Notes: a model not told the origin generated them from the letters alone. A DNA stretch of 64,000 bases from Candidatus Hydrogenedentota bacterium (GCA_024278275.1 JAJRTN010000039.1:21030-85029); one strand, 5' to 3'; counted from the stretch's first letter, positions 50,540 through 61,924 are shown. Translations and numbers: made by a program.

Positions 50540-51151
50540 CTACCCACCGTTCCCCGTGCTTTCATCGAAGAGGCCATGGTTTACGGTCAGGTGTTGGCCG
50601 TCTTCGAGATGCCTTCCGAGAATAAAGAAGTAATCGCTCAGGCGATTGACAAAAACCAACAGGTGTTCGCAGGCAAAACCGCGCTCCCGTTCCCGAAGAC
50701 GCACCAGGTTACGTTCGAGGGCCCGCGCGACGGTCGCCGTGAGGTCGGCCTCGGCGGCAAGCAGGTTGCCCGCGGAAACGATGAAGTCCTTGGGCAGGGC
50801 GAGCGTTGCTTCGAGCCGGGCCTGCTCCGCTTCGAGACGCGCCACGTGTGCCGGACCGATGTCGGTCTTTCGGTATTCCGGGTGCCGGTTCCGAAAATCA
50901 CTGATGGCCGCTCCCATGGCAAAGCACGCATGAAGCAGCCAGAACAGGAAAGCGGCGGTCTGTTCGTCCTCGGGCCGTTGCTCCAGGAGACGCAGTCGGA
51001 GCAGGGCGGTTTGGGTGCGCAGCGCGTCCACCGCGCCGGTGCATTCGATGACGGGAGCGCCCTTGGACACCGTGTCCCCGCCCAGGGTGCGCGTGCTCCC
51101 CGCGTCACCGCGCTTCGTGGTGATCCGCGAAGGTTTCTTCCGGTCAACCAA
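50540..51151 (-). CDS. PduO-type ATP:cob(I)alamin adenosyltransferase
   Basis: ITTKRGDAGST, G.VD, ARALER and NRLSDYFF. Confidence 0.88.
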   Translation of the reverse strand: MVDRKKPSRITTKRGDAGSTRTLGGDTVSKGAPVIECTGAVDALRTQTALLRLRLLEQRPEDEQTAAFLFWLLHACFAMGAAISDFRNRHPEYRKTDIGPAHVARLEAEQARLEATLALPKDFIVSAGNLLAAEADLTATVARALERNLVRLRERERGFACEHLLVFVNRLSDYFFILGRHLEDGQHLTVNHGLFDESTGNGG

Positions 51152-51905
51152 GGCGAATCCCCACGGGGCAATGATCCGAGCCCATCACCTGGTCGAGAAT
51201 GAAGGCCTCCTTCACGCAGGGCAGGAAGTCCTCGTTCACACAATGATAGTCCAGGCGCCAGCCGATATTCCGCGGCCGTGCGCGGGTCCGGTAGGACCAC
51301 CACGAATAATGGCCCGGCTCATCGCAGAAATGGCGGAAGGTGTCCACGTAGCCGTGGCCGAGAAAGCGGGTCATGGCCCGGCGTTCCTCGATATAGTAGC
51401 CCGCGTTGTTTTCGTTGGCTTCGGGCCGCGCCAGGTCGATGGGCTTGTGAGCGATATTGAAATCACCGCAGAGAATGACGTTTTTCCCCTGTTTCACCAG
51501 TTTGTTGGAAAAGCGCGTAACGGACTTGCAGAAATCGAGCTTGTAGTCCAGCCGTGCCCGCTCGGCCTGGCTGTTGGGCCAGTAGCCGTTGAGGATGGTG
51601 AAGTCCGGGTATTCCAGCACCTGGAGCCGGCCCTCGTCGTCGAAGCGCTTCAGCCCGATGGTGCCCACGGAGACCGGTTTCTCGCGCACAAAGGCCGCCG
51701 TACCCGCGTAGCCCTTCTTGACGGCGGGATTCCACAGGCTTATGTATCCGAAGGGACGCAGTTCTTCCGGTTTCAGGTCGCCGGGCAAGGCCCGGGACTC
51801 CTGGATACAGAGAATGTCCGGCCGGGCCTCCTCCAGCCAGGACAGGAAGCCGTTTTTCAGGGCGGCGCGGATGCCGTTCACGTTCCAGGAAAGGATGGTG
51901 ATCAT
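51144..51905 (-). CDS. xth: Exodeoxyribonuclease III
   Basis: SWNVNG, QE, GYAG, CGDFN, YSWWSYR, GWRLDY and SDHCP. Confidence 0.96.
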   Translation of the reverse strand: MITILSWNVNGIRAALKNGFLSWLEEARPDILCIQESRALPGDLKPEELRPFGYISLWNPAVKKGYAGTAAFVREKPVSVGTIGLKRFDDEGRLQVLEYPDFTILNGYWPNSQAERARLDYKLDFCKSVTRFSNKLVKQGKNVILCGDFNIAHKPIDLARPEANENNAGYYIEERRAMTRFLGHGYVDTFRHFCDEPGHYSWWSYRTRARPRNIGWRLDYHCVNEDFLPCVKEAFILDQVMGSDHCPVGIRLG

Positions 51906-52121
51906 GGGGATTCCTCGACGGTCGTTGTCCGGTGATGGAACCGAGCATAGCGGCCCTGGTTTGTCTCATGCAAACCCCGCGGGAATGGAGTACCCTTCCC
52001 GTGTCCGATCCAAAAGACGGCAAGCCACCGGTATAAGAGCGCTCCGGAAAGGACGTCCCCCATGTCCCATTGTCCCCCGCAACGCCCGCCCCGGTTCTCC
52101 TCCGTGAGGCCGCCGCCGGGT

Positions 52122-53126
52122 TCATCGCCGTTCATCGCCGCCCATCATTTCAACGAAGCCGCGGAGAAGGCGTCCGTCGAGTTGGCGTTGCAGGGTGCGG
52201 CTCATATCGCTGAGGGCGCGGAAGCTCGACAGGCCCTTTCGGTGGTGTTGGTCGGTGGTAAGTGCGTCGAAAACATCGGCAATGGTCACGATTCGGGCGA
52301 AGGGGGGAATCTCGCTTCCGGAAAGACGATGGGGATAACCGGTGCCGTCGATTCGTTCCTGGTGGTGCAGCACGATATCCAGGGCAATTTCGCCAAGGCA
52401 GTTTGCCTCGGCGAGCGTCTCGTAGCCCTTGAGGGGATAGGTTTTCATTTCCTCCCACTCTTTTTCGGTGAGGGGACCGTCCTTTTTGAGGATACGCTGG
52501 TTGATGGCCTTTTTCCCCACATCGTGGAAAAGAGCGCCGTTGGCCACCTCGCGCAGGGTGGGGGTGTCGGTGGTACCCATGCGCATGGCGAGGGCCACGC
52601 TGTAGGCCACCACGTTCACGCTGTGGGTATAGAGGTAGTAGTCGCAGGAAATGGTGCGGAGCATATGCTCGAGGAGAAAGTCGCGGGAGGTCATGAACTC
52701 GACGGTGTGGCGCACGATATCCTTGCCGCGCTTGAGCGTTTCCCGCGATCCGGGTTTTTCAAGCACTTCGCCCACCACCGCCTGGGCCGAGTCATAGAGT
52801 ACGGCGGCCTTCTCGCGGACCGGGAGCCTGCGGTCGTTCAGGATGTCTTCGAGGTTGTCGGCGATATACCGGCTGTACCGCCCCCGCTCCCGCTCGCGGA
52901 CGTAGAGCACCCGGATCTTGTTCTGGTGCAGCTTGGCGCGGGCGGCCTCGTTGAACGGCGTGTCCTTGCGGCAATAGAGCACGAAGGGCTGATCGGCGCC
53001 CGACCGGAAGTAGAGAGAGAAGAAAGGCGCCGTATCGAGCCGAAGGGCGGACAGCTTGACGGGCAGATAGGTTTCCCCGTCATGGACTACTGGTTCGTTC
53101 TGTTCCGTTGCCATGCCTGGGGCCAC
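52122..53126 (-). CDS. HD-GYP domain phosphodiesterase (likely acting on c-di-GMP)
   Basis: HSVNV, HDVGK, HHQERIDGTGYP and ADVFDALTT. Confidence 0.9.
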   Translation of the reverse strand: MAPGMATEQNEPVVHDGETYLPVKLSALRLDTAPFFSLYFRSGADQPFVLYCRKDTPFNEAARAKLHQNKIRVLYVRERERGRYSRYIADNLEDILNDRRLPVREKAAVLYDSAQAVVGEVLEKPGSRETLKRGKDIVRHTVEFMTSRDFLLEHMLRTISCDYYLYTHSVNVVAYSVALAMRMGTTDTPTLREVANGALFHDVGKKAINQRILKKDGPLTEKEWEEMKTYPLKGYETLAEANCLGEIALDIVLHHQERIDGTGYPHRLSGSEIPPFARIVTIADVFDALTTDQHHRKGLSSFRALSDMSRTLQRQLDGRLLRGFVEMMGGDERR

Positions 53127-53169
53127 CGTCTCTTCTCCTTCCCGCTTTATCCCGGCCCGCCCGCCTGTT

Positions 53170-53447
53170 TATCCAGGTAATGGCCGCCGTTTTGCCGCCG
53201 CCCGTCACGACGTTCAGCAACAGCCCCTTCGCCCGATCTTCGTCTGGCCCAGGACTTCGTGCGAGCAGATCACCCGCAGGAACGCGGCCCACTGGTGCGG
53301 CCACAGTGTCCCTTCCCGAGGAGCCTGGTCGTTGTCGGGCGCACTCAGGAAATCGATGTATTGATAGGTCTCCGCCTTGACGCCGGGATAGCCATCCCGC
53401 CGCCAGTCGATAAATGCCTGCTCATGTCTTGCAAATTGATTGAACAT
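53170..53447 (-). pseudogene. Truncated, frameshifted N-terminus of an SF2 helicase/type III restriction (Res-like) subunit
   Basis: LWPHQ Q-motif in one frame, then GLLLNVVTGGGKT Walker A in a shifted frame; the rest is missing. Confidence 0.55.
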
Positions 53448-53452
53448 TGCAA

Positions 53453-53809
53453 CTAATCGTCCCGCATCTCATCAGGTATGATCTTCCTGAGCATGGCGAT
53501 CAATTCCGGAATCCGACGCGTGGCAATGCCCCATATCGCTTCATGAAGAATTTCGTCATATTCATGTGCCAATACGTTGCGCTGCCCGACAATGGCGCAC
53601 CAGGGAATTTCCGGGCTCCCCTGTCTGGTTGCCTCGGATACGCGCCGCGCCGCTTCCCCGACAATCTCGACGTGGCGTTCAACGGCACCCCGCAACATGC
53701 GATTTGCCAGGTAATCGTGATAGGTCTTGCCGCGAACGAATTCCTCGACCGCCAAAGCCGCGTCCAGCATATCCCACAGGTAAGCCTTGTCGCGTTCCTC
53801 AGGCCGCAT
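53453..53809 (-). CDS. HepT-like HEPN RNase toxin (DUF86)
   Basis: IVGEAA, IPW and the RX4HXY motif RNVLAHEY. Confidence 0.92.
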   Translation of the reverse strand: MRPEERDKAYLWDMLDAALAVEEFVRGKTYHDYLANRMLRGAVERHVEIVGEAARRVSEATRQGSPEIPWCAIVGQRNVLAHEYDEILHEAIWGIATRRIPELIAMLRKIIPDEMRDD

Positions 53810-54101
53810 GGATCACCTCCCGGTTCGAGAGTATTTCACGCCGGCGATAGGGGTTGCGCAGTGCTTCCTTGGCGACGATATCCACTTCACGACCGGCAAT
53901 CGAAATCAGTTCGTCGCGCATCTCCACCAAATCCCACAGGTCCCAGGGCGCCCGCTGGCCGAAGCTCACCAGGAAGTCCAGATCACTTTCCGGGCCGAAA
54001 TCGTCGCGCAAGGCCGACCCGAAGATCGACAATTCGCGTATCTTCCACTTGCGGCAGAACGCCGCCAAGGCATCTCGGTCCAGTTGCACATTCGGGTTCA
54101 T
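53799..54101 (-). CDS. MNT minimal nucleotidyltransferase antitoxin (MntA-like)
   Basis: FGSALRDDFGPESDLD (GS-X10-DXD); overlaps the HEPN gene. Confidence 0.92.
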   Translation of the reverse strand: MNPNVQLDRDALAAFCRKWKIRELSIFGSALRDDFGPESDLDFLVSFGQRAPWDLWDLVEMRDELISIAGREVDIVAKEALRNPYRRREILSNREVIHAA

Positions 54102-54125
54102 AGCCTCTTCTCCTCGGCACCCATC

Positions 54126-54300
54126 CTACTCCACCTCGATCTCGCCGGTCCACGTCCCCCCGTCGCCCATATCGTCCTGACCTTCATGGCGATGCGTTCC
54201 GCTCTTCGGGAACGCGTATTCGCCTGCAACGCGGTTCCATTTTCTCGCCTTTGCCGTGCGCGAACGGAAATCCCGGCGTACGCGAAAAGCGCTTGCCGTT
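54126..54300 (-). pseudogene. Frameshifted C-terminal fragment, probably of a type III-like DNA methyltransferase (Mod)
   Basis: Stitching three frames gives NGKRFSRTPGFPF..EP.LQA.YAFPKSG.RIAMKVQDDMG..GTWTGEIEVE*; family recognised from memory only. Confidence 0.4.
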
Positions 54301-54385
54301 CCGGCCCGCCGCCATGTTTTCCAGCTCCCCTGTATGTGTTGCCGGGACGGAATGATGTGCCTTGGCGCTTCCGCCGCATTCCATG

Positions 54386-55906
54386 TCAAATCTTGAACTC
54401 GGCCCGGTTCCGGGTCCGCATGAACTTGATATCGTGAATATGGAAATCCGGAAGGGATTCAACCTCGACAACCCGCTCGAAGCGTTTGCAGATAGCGTCC
54501 AGCAATTCCGCGTTTTCCGTGCGCAACCGCCGCGCCACGTCGGGATGTACCTGCAGGGTGATGTGCTTGTCCCGGGTCTGACAGCAGAGGCTTTGCAACT
54601 TGCGCAGCACGTCGAAGGTCATGGTGGTCACGGACCGCACCTGGCCGCTGCCTTCGCAGTAGGGGCAGGTTTGGGACAGGGCGCTCATAAGGTTATGCTT
54701 CACCCGCTTGCGGGTCATCTCGATGAGACCCAGTTCGCTCACCTCCGAGATGGTGGTCTTGGCGCGATCCTTCTTCACCGCGTCGCTGAGCTGCTGGATG
54801 AGGGCGCGCTTGTTTTTCGCGAAGCGCATGTCAATGAAATCGCAGACAATGATGCCGCCCATGTCGCGCAGGCGCAACTGGCGCGCAATTTCATCCGCGG
54901 CCTCCAGGTTCGTCTTGAACACCGTATCTTCGAGTTGGCGCTTGCCCGTGAACTTGCCCGTGTTCACGTCAATCGCCACCAGCGCTTCCGTCTGGTCGAT
55001 GCAGATGTGACCGCCGCTCGGAAGATGCACCTTGCGGCGCAGGGCCTTGGTGATCTGATCTTCCACGCCCAGTTTGTCAAAGATGGGCCGCTTCATCTTG
55101 TAGAGCTTGACCCGCTTGCTTAACGACGGGGCCAGGGCGTCGAGAAAACCCAGGATACGGGCGTACTCCTCCTCGCTGTCCACCACGAGCCGGTCGATAT
55201 CCGTCGTGAACTGGTCGCGAACCACCCGGCGGATGGGGCCCAGGTCCTCGCGCACCAGGCCGGCGCCGTTCATGCGTTCAAACTTCTCCTTGGCCCGTTC
55301 CCACATCCGCGCGAGGTACTTGGCGTCGCTCTGGAAATCGGCCTTGCTCTTGCCCTCGCCCGCGGTCCGCGTGATGAGACCGCAATCCTTGGGGCGTACC
55401 TGGCGCAGGATCTGCCGCAACCGATCCCGTTCCTTGCTCGATTCAATTTTTCGGGAGACGCCCAGGGTCTTCACCGTGGGCATGAGCACGGCGAAACGGC
55501 CCGGAATGGTGATAAAGTTCGTCAGGCGCGGTCCCTTGGTGCCGAGGCGATCCTTGACCACCTGGACCATCACCGACTGTCCCCGTTTGAGCATGGTCTC
55601 GATGGGTTGCTGCCGCGCTCGCCGGGCACGGGTCTTGGCGCGGGGCGCGTCATCGTTAAGTTCAATATCGCCCGTGCCTTCCGCACCCGCAATATCGGAG
55701 ACGTAGAGAAAACCGTTTTTCTCAAAGCCGATGTCGATGAAGGCGGCTTGCATACCCGGTACGACCGAATCGACCACGCCCTTGTAAATGTTTCCCACGA
55801 TACTGGGGTTTTCCTGGCGCTCGATAATGAGTTCCACCAGGCGCTCCTCCTCCAGGCGCGCGATGCGCGTCTCCAGGGGACTTACATTAATAATCAATTC
55901 TTTCAT
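54386..55906 (-). CDS. rng: Ribonuclease G (Rne/Rng family)
   Basis: GNIYKG..PGMQAAF, S1 domain, DVNTG, GGIIVCDFIDM and CPYC; about 500 aa; follows the mre/rod genes. Confidence 0.93.
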   Translation of the reverse strand: MKELIINVSPLETRIARLEEERLVELIIERQENPSIVGNIYKGVVDSVVPGMQAAFIDIGFEKNGFLYVSDIAGAEGTGDIELNDDAPRAKTRARRARQQPIETMLKRGQSVMVQVVKDRLGTKGPRLTNFITIPGRFAVLMPTVKTLGVSRKIESSKERDRLRQILRQVRPKDCGLITRTAGEGKSKADFQSDAKYLARMWERAKEKFERMNGAGLVREDLGPIRRVVRDQFTTDIDRLVVDSEEEYARILGFLDALAPSLSKRVKLYKMKRPIFDKLGVEDQITKALRRKVHLPSGGHICIDQTEALVAIDVNTGKFTGKRQLEDTVFKTNLEAADEIARQLRLRDMGGIIVCDFIDMRFAKNKRALIQQLSDAVKKDRAKTTISEVSELGLIEMTRKRVKHNLMSALSQTCPYCEGSGQVRSVTTMTFDVLRKLQSLCCQTRDKHITLQVHPDVARRLRTENAELLDAICKRFERVVEVESLPDFHIHDIKFMRTRNRAEFKI

Positions 55907-55931
55907 TGTTTACCTGTTCATAAGTGTGTGT

Positions 55932-57185
55932 TTAATAAATAAAGGCGCGCTTGCGCATGGGCACGCTCAGCAGGATGCCGACGCCGGCCATGGTCGCCAT
56001 GTAGAAAGAGCCGCCATAACTGAGGAAGGGCAAAGGAAGCCCCGTCACCGGCAACAGTCCCACGGTGATCCCTATATTAACAAATACGTGGAACGCCAGG
56101 ATGGTGACCACGCCCGCGGCCAACAGCGTTCCCATCATTTCCGGGCAATCCCGGGCGAAGATGAGCCCCCGCAACAGGAGCGCGGTGAAAAGCCCGATGA
56201 CCACGGCGGCCCCGATAAAGCCCCGTTCCTCCGCGAGGGTGGAGAAGATGAAATCCGTGTGATGCTCGGGCAGATACCGCAGGCGCGTCATTTCCCCCTT
56301 GAGAAAGCCCTTTCCCTTCAACCCGCCGCTGCCCACGGTGATCTTGCTCTGCACGGTTTGCCACGCGCTCCCCCGTGGGTCCGATTCGGGGTGGAGGAAG
56401 GTATAGATCCGCATCTTCTGATGCCAGTGCAGATCGTAGAAATCCCGGTTTTCCTGGTACGCCTTTTTCATCTCCTCCAGGATGGCCCGCTTGCCGCGCT
56501 CGTTGGCGGCCAGGTATTCCTCGGTTTCCGGATTGAAGTCCTTCATCTCGAACCAGACATAGGGCACGAGGGCACTGCCGATTAGAATAAGCGCCAACAG
56601 GTGCCGCACACGGCAGCCCGCCACGAAGAGCATCACCACGGTCAACGGCGCCAGCGAAGCCGCCGTACCCAGGTTGGGCTGCTTCAGGATCAGCGCCATG
56701 GGAAGGGCGGTGATGACGAAAGTCAGCAGGAACCAATGCAATTTTCGGATGCGTTGCCCCACCTTCGACAAGTACCAGGTCAGCGCGTAAATGAGGGCTA
56801 TCTTCGCCACCTCCGAGGGCTGGAGCAGGAAAAAGCCCAGGTCAATCCAGCGTTCGCTGCCCTTGCGCGCATCGGCCAGTACCAGCACCCACGCCAACAG
56901 CGCCAGGGACCCCACGTAAAAGAGGGGTGCCAGGGCCACGGAAAAGCGGTAGTCCGTGCATAGAATGATGGTGGCCAACACCGAACCGAGGCCGAAGAAC
57001 ATCATCTGCCGTATCAGAAGCGCGCTGCCGCTGCCTTGGGTCGCACTGTAGAGCGTCACGAATCCGAGCAATGCCAGGGCGACGACGAAAATCGGCAGCA
57101 TCCAGTCCACCCGGAGCAGATTCCGCAGAATGAAAATGCGAACCGAGGCGTCACGCACGTCCATGTCTTTTCGCCTTGGTGGCAT
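55932..57185 (-). CDS. rodA: Rod shape-determining SEDS glycosyltransferase RodA
   Basis: RWI..QPSE..K, QPNLG, GSGG..GKG, PEHHTDFIF and LPFLSYGGS; ATG overlaps the mrdA stop. Confidence 0.93.
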   Translation of the reverse strand: MPPRRKDMDVRDASVRIFILRNLLRVDWMLPIFVVALALLGFVTLYSATQGSGSALLIRQMMFFGLGSVLATIILCTDYRFSVALAPLFYVGSLALLAWVLVLADARKGSERWIDLGFFLLQPSEVAKIALIYALTWYLSKVGQRIRKLHWFLLTFVITALPMALILKQPNLGTAASLAPLTVVMLFVAGCRVRHLLALILIGSALVPYVWFEMKDFNPETEEYLAANERGKRAILEEMKKAYQENRDFYDLHWHQKMRIYTFLHPESDPRGSAWQTVQSKITVGSGGLKGKGFLKGEMTRLRYLPEHHTDFIFSTLAEERGFIGAAVVIGLFTALLLRGLIFARDCPEMMGTLLAAGVVTILAFHVFVNIGITVGLLPVTGLPLPFLSYGGSFYMATMAGVGILLSVPMRKRAFIY

Positions 57186-59107
57186 CAGCCGCCCTCCGCC
57201 CGCGCGGTCGTCATGGCAGGAACCCCGGTTTCGCCATAGAACGCCCGGATAACTTTTTTCGCCAACGGGGCCGCCGATGATGAACCATGATGACCGTGCT
57301 CGACCAATATGCACAGGGCGATGCGTGGTTCCCGGTCGATCACGCCCGCGACAAACCAGGCATGGTCACGCTTGTACTTCGGAATATCTTCCTCCGTGGC
57401 GTACTGTTTGTGTTCATCAAGCGACATGATCTGGGCCGATCCCGTTTTTCCCAGGATGGCCATGCCCTCGATCTTCGCGGCCTTGCCCGTTCCCGTGGGA
57501 GCGCGGTCATCCTTCTCGACGCACTTTCGCATGCCCCGCGTGATGATGTCGAGCGTCCTGTCACTCAGGATACGCTCGGAGAGCTTCGGTCCCCGATCCT
57601 GGTTGAGAAAGGGCCGCACCCGCCAACCGCCGTTCGTCACGCAGGCCATCATGACCGCGGCCTGCAAGGGAGTTGCGCTGACACTGCCCTGCCCGATACT
57701 GACATTCACCGTATCGCCCGGGTACCAATTCCGTTCCCAGACCGGCTCGTCGGCCCGAAGCCTGGCCTTCCATTCCCGCGTGGGAATCAGTCCCGTAATC
57801 TCGCCCGGCAAGTCGATACCCGTTTTTTGGCCCAGGCCCATTTTGTGGGCCCAGGCCGACAGCTTGTCAATACCCAGGGCAAGCCCCACATTGTAGAAGA
57901 ACACGTCACACGAAAAGGCCAAGGCGTCCACCACGCGGATGTTCCCGTGGCCGGCGTGTTTCCAACAGTGAAAGCGACGTCCCTTGCCATTGATTTGAAA
58001 AAAACCGGGGCAATAAAAGCGGGTATTCTCATCAATAATCCCCTCTTCGAGCGCGGCCGCCGCCATCATCACCTTGAACACCGAGCCGGGAGGATAGTTT
58101 TCGCGCATGGCCCGGTTGAAGAGGGGGTTTGGTTTGGGCGCATCAGGCGAGTAGAGCGGCCCCAGGTCGCCGTTGGGATCGAAGGTGGGCGTGCTCGCCA
58201 TGGCCAACACGGCACCCGTGTCGGCCTCCAGCACGACGATGGCGCCCACTTCACCCGCCAGCGCCTCCTCGCATGCCGCCTGTAAGCCAATATCCAACGT
58301 GGTGTGCAATGCTTCGCCCGGCCGGGGGGGGATGCGCTCACCCTCCACCTCGATGATGTGCCCGAGCGTATCCCGCGGCGCCACCACGGGCGTGCCATAG
58401 CGGTCCGACCGCAACACGGACCCGCCCGAAACATACTGGGTTACGAACATGGAGCCGTCCCGGCCATGAAGCAGGCTTTCGTACATCGCCTCAAGTCCCA
58501 ACCGGCCCACCCGGTCGTTCATGGTGTACTTCTCCCCCCACGATTCTTTCTCCCGCCGGGTGATCGCGCTCAAGTGCCCCAATAGCTGGGCGCCCACCTT
58601 TCCGTAAGGGTAATAGCGTTGCGGCCGAACCACGGTAAACACCCCCGGCCCCAGGGCGTAGGCATGTTCCTCGACCCGGACGCGGTCCGCCTTGCTCACG
58701 TCCCGTTTCACCGTTATGGGCTGGTAGGGGGTTCGCGAAAGCGATTTCACGTCCTCCAGCAAGCGGGATGCCGAAACACCCAACAGTTCTTCCAGGGTTC
58801 GGGCGATTTCACCATAGCGTTCCTTGTCGCACTCACCCGGCACCATGACCACGTCCACGCTGGGGCGGTTGTCCGCCAGTATCGCACCTTGGCGGTCGTA
58901 GATACGGCCACGCCCCGCCTTGAGCAACTTCTCCGTCATACGTTGCGATTCCGCCTTCTCGGCGAACTCATGCTGTTGCACCACCTGGAGCTGCCAGAGT
59001 TGATAAACAAGGATGCAGAAGGCCGCCGTCATCAGCACGGCAAAAACCTGCACCCGCGTCTCGACGCCGGCGTAACGGTCCGTCTCTTTTCGCCGCTTTC
59101 CCGGCAT
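57185..59107 (-). CDS. mrdA: Penicillin-binding protein 2
   Basis: RGRIYDR, PGSVFK (SxxK), SCD and KTG motifs. Confidence 0.95.
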   Translation of the reverse strand: MPGKRRKETDRYAGVETRVQVFAVLMTAAFCILVYQLWQLQVVQQHEFAEKAESQRMTEKLLKAGRGRIYDRQGAILADNRPSVDVVMVPGECDKERYGEIARTLEELLGVSASRLLEDVKSLSRTPYQPITVKRDVSKADRVRVEEHAYALGPGVFTVVRPQRYYPYGKVGAQLLGHLSAITRREKESWGEKYTMNDRVGRLGLEAMYESLLHGRDGSMFVTQYVSGGSVLRSDRYGTPVVAPRDTLGHIIEVEGERIPPRPGEALHTTLDIGLQAACEEALAGEVGAIVVLEADTGAVLAMASTPTFDPNGDLGPLYSPDAPKPNPLFNRAMRENYPPGSVFKVMMAAAALEEGIIDENTRFYCPGFFQINGKGRRFHCWKHAGHGNIRVVDALAFSCDVFFYNVGLALGIDKLSAWAHKMGLGQKTGIDLPGEITGLIPTREWKARLRADEPVWERNWYPGDTVNVSIGQGSVSATPLQAAVMMACVTNGGWRVRPFLNQDRGPKLSERILSDRTLDIITRGMRKCVEKDDRAPTGTGKAAKIEGMAILGKTGSAQIMSLDEHKQYATEEDIPKYKRDHAWFVAGVIDREPRIALCILVEHGHHGSSSAAPLAKKVIRAFYGETGVPAMTTARAEGG

Positions 59108-59614
59108 CTACCCGCTTCCTCCCTGCACGCGCGCCTCGTGGGCGAACACACGGCCCAGCACGGTGAAGACGAGGGGCGTCAGTACCGCGGTATAAAACGC
59201 CGTAGGCACCACCGACGTGAGCAGGGTATAGAAGAAACCCAGCCGGGGTTCCTGCACATAGCGGATAATCGTGTGAAAGAAGCCGTCCACCAGGGCCGCG
59301 CACAACACCGAACCCGCTTTCACCGCGGGGTGCTCCGTGACAAAGCGCGTCGAGATGCGGCCTACGGCGTAGGCCACAATGACATGGCCGAACACGTGAT
59401 GTCCCAGCACCGTGTTGGTCACCGTGTCCTGGTAGATGCCGCCTATCACCCCCGTGAACATGGCCCGTTCCTCCCCTTCGGTGATGGCGAAATAAACCAC
59501 GATCAGCAACGTGAGATCAGGCGTCACGCCCTGCAGCCGGAGCATGTCGGGCCAGGTGGTCTGAAACACCGCGGCAATCACGATGGTGGTCACCCATTTG
59601 AAGTTCTTTATCAT
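59108..59614 (-). CDS. mreD: Rod shape-determining protein MreD
   Basis: Hydrophobic, with PDL and G...D motifs; ATGA overlap with mreC. Confidence 0.88.
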   Translation of the reverse strand: MIKNFKWVTTIVIAAVFQTTWPDMLRLQGVTPDLTLLIVVYFAITEGEERAMFTGVIGGIYQDTVTNTVLGHHVFGHVIVAYAVGRISTRFVTEHPAVKAGSVLCAALVDGFFHTIIRYVQEPRLGFFYTLLTSVVPTAFYTAVLTPLVFTVLGRVFAHEARVQGGSG

Positions 59615-60537
59615 GGGGCGAAGCGATCCTGAATCGTGCGGTTGTCCGGCATCTCCGGGGCGTTCGAAAAGTCCCCCGTGGCGGACGGCCCCGCCAACTC
59701 CTCCGCCGTCAGGCTCGCCTTGATCACCACGAACACCTCGTCCAGACGGTAGGGATCCACGCTCGGCATAACATCGGCATAACGCCACAGCGTCTCACTG
59801 TGGTGAACCCGCGTGATGGTGCCCACGGGATAGCCTGACGGAAACACGCTTTCCGGGCTGGTCACCACCAAATCCCCTTGACGAACATCATCGTTGATGT
59901 CGATGTACTCCAACGTGCAAATTACGCTCAGGTCACTCTTGCTCGCTTTGATGATCCCATCATACGCGCGAATCCGGTTGCGGCGCACCATGGCGCCCAC
60001 GTTGCAGTAGGGGTGATGAAGCGTGGCCACCGTGGACGCCCGGCCGCCCACCTCGGTGATGATGCCCACCACGCCGTCCGCCGTAATAACGCCCATCGAT
60101 TCCCGCACCCCGTGCAGGGCGCCGCGATCAATGGTGAGCAAACCTTTCGCCGTACCCAGTACCGATGCCGGAAGCAGACTCAGGCGCCGTTCGTCCCGCT
60201 GGAACTTCAGCATGGTTCGGAGACGCCTGTTCTCGCGTTGCACCTCCACGAGCCGCGTAAGGGATTGCTTCATTTTCACCAGGTCGTGAGCACGCGCCTC
60301 ATTCTCCGTCCGGAGGTCGTTGTAGCCCAGAAACAAGTCCAGGACATAGTCCGTACCCGAAGCGGTCGCCCGCTGAGCCACCAGGAAAGGATAGGCCGAC
60401 ATGGCCGCCACGCGGCGCACCGATTTATGCACGATGGTGGCCTTGGTTCCCAGCGCCATGGAGAGCAGCGACAACAGGGTCAAGGCGACAAGCAGCGCCA
60501 GGGGGCGGTTGCCGGTCAACGTGGGAAAGAGCCTCAT
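59611..60537 (-). CDS. mreC: Rod shape-determining protein MreC
   Basis: TM segment, coiled coil ENRRLR, IDRG..GV and GD.VVTS...FP.G.PVG. Confidence 0.92.
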   Translation of the reverse strand: MRLFPTLTGNRPLALLVALTLLSLLSMALGTKATIVHKSVRRVAAMSAYPFLVAQRATASGTDYVLDLFLGYNDLRTENEARAHDLVKMKQSLTRLVEVQRENRRLRTMLKFQRDERRLSLLPASVLGTAKGLLTIDRGALHGVRESMGVITADGVVGIITEVGGRASTVATLHHPYCNVGAMVRRNRIRAYDGIIKASKSDLSVICTLEYIDINDDVRQGDLVVTSPESVFPSGYPVGTITRVHHSETLWRYADVMPSVDPYRLDEVFVVIKASLTAEELAGPSATGDFSNAPEMPDNRTIQDRFAP

Positions 60538-60619
60538 GGGCCGTTCCCCCCGTAACGGGGCACCGGGGTGGCGGACCCGGTCCCCCGGGCACTATGACGA
60601 TCACACTGCCGCCTGCCCG

Positions 60620-61775
<1,156 letters not shown>

Positions 61776-61840
61776 AGCCTGGCGGAAAGGCCGGCCGGCT
61801 TGCACCAGCCGGCGCGGCGGGGATATAGTTGTCCCCCGCG

Positions 61841-61924
61841 GGGCGAGTGGTGGAACTGGCATACACGACGGACTTAAAATCCGTTGCCCGAAAGGGCTTG
61901 TGGGTTCGAATCCCACCTCGCCCA
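61841..61924 (+). tRNA. tRNA-Leu (anticodon TAA); CCA not encoded
   Basis: Acceptor stem gggcgag/ctcgccc, anticodon arm acgga-cTTAAaa-tccgt, long variable arm and GGTTCGAATCC T-loop. Confidence 0.96.

Noticed and set aside
52050..52080. Short gtccc-type tandem repeat (gtcccccatgtcccattgtcccc)
   Set aside because: Only three degenerate units; could be chance in GC-rich DNA.
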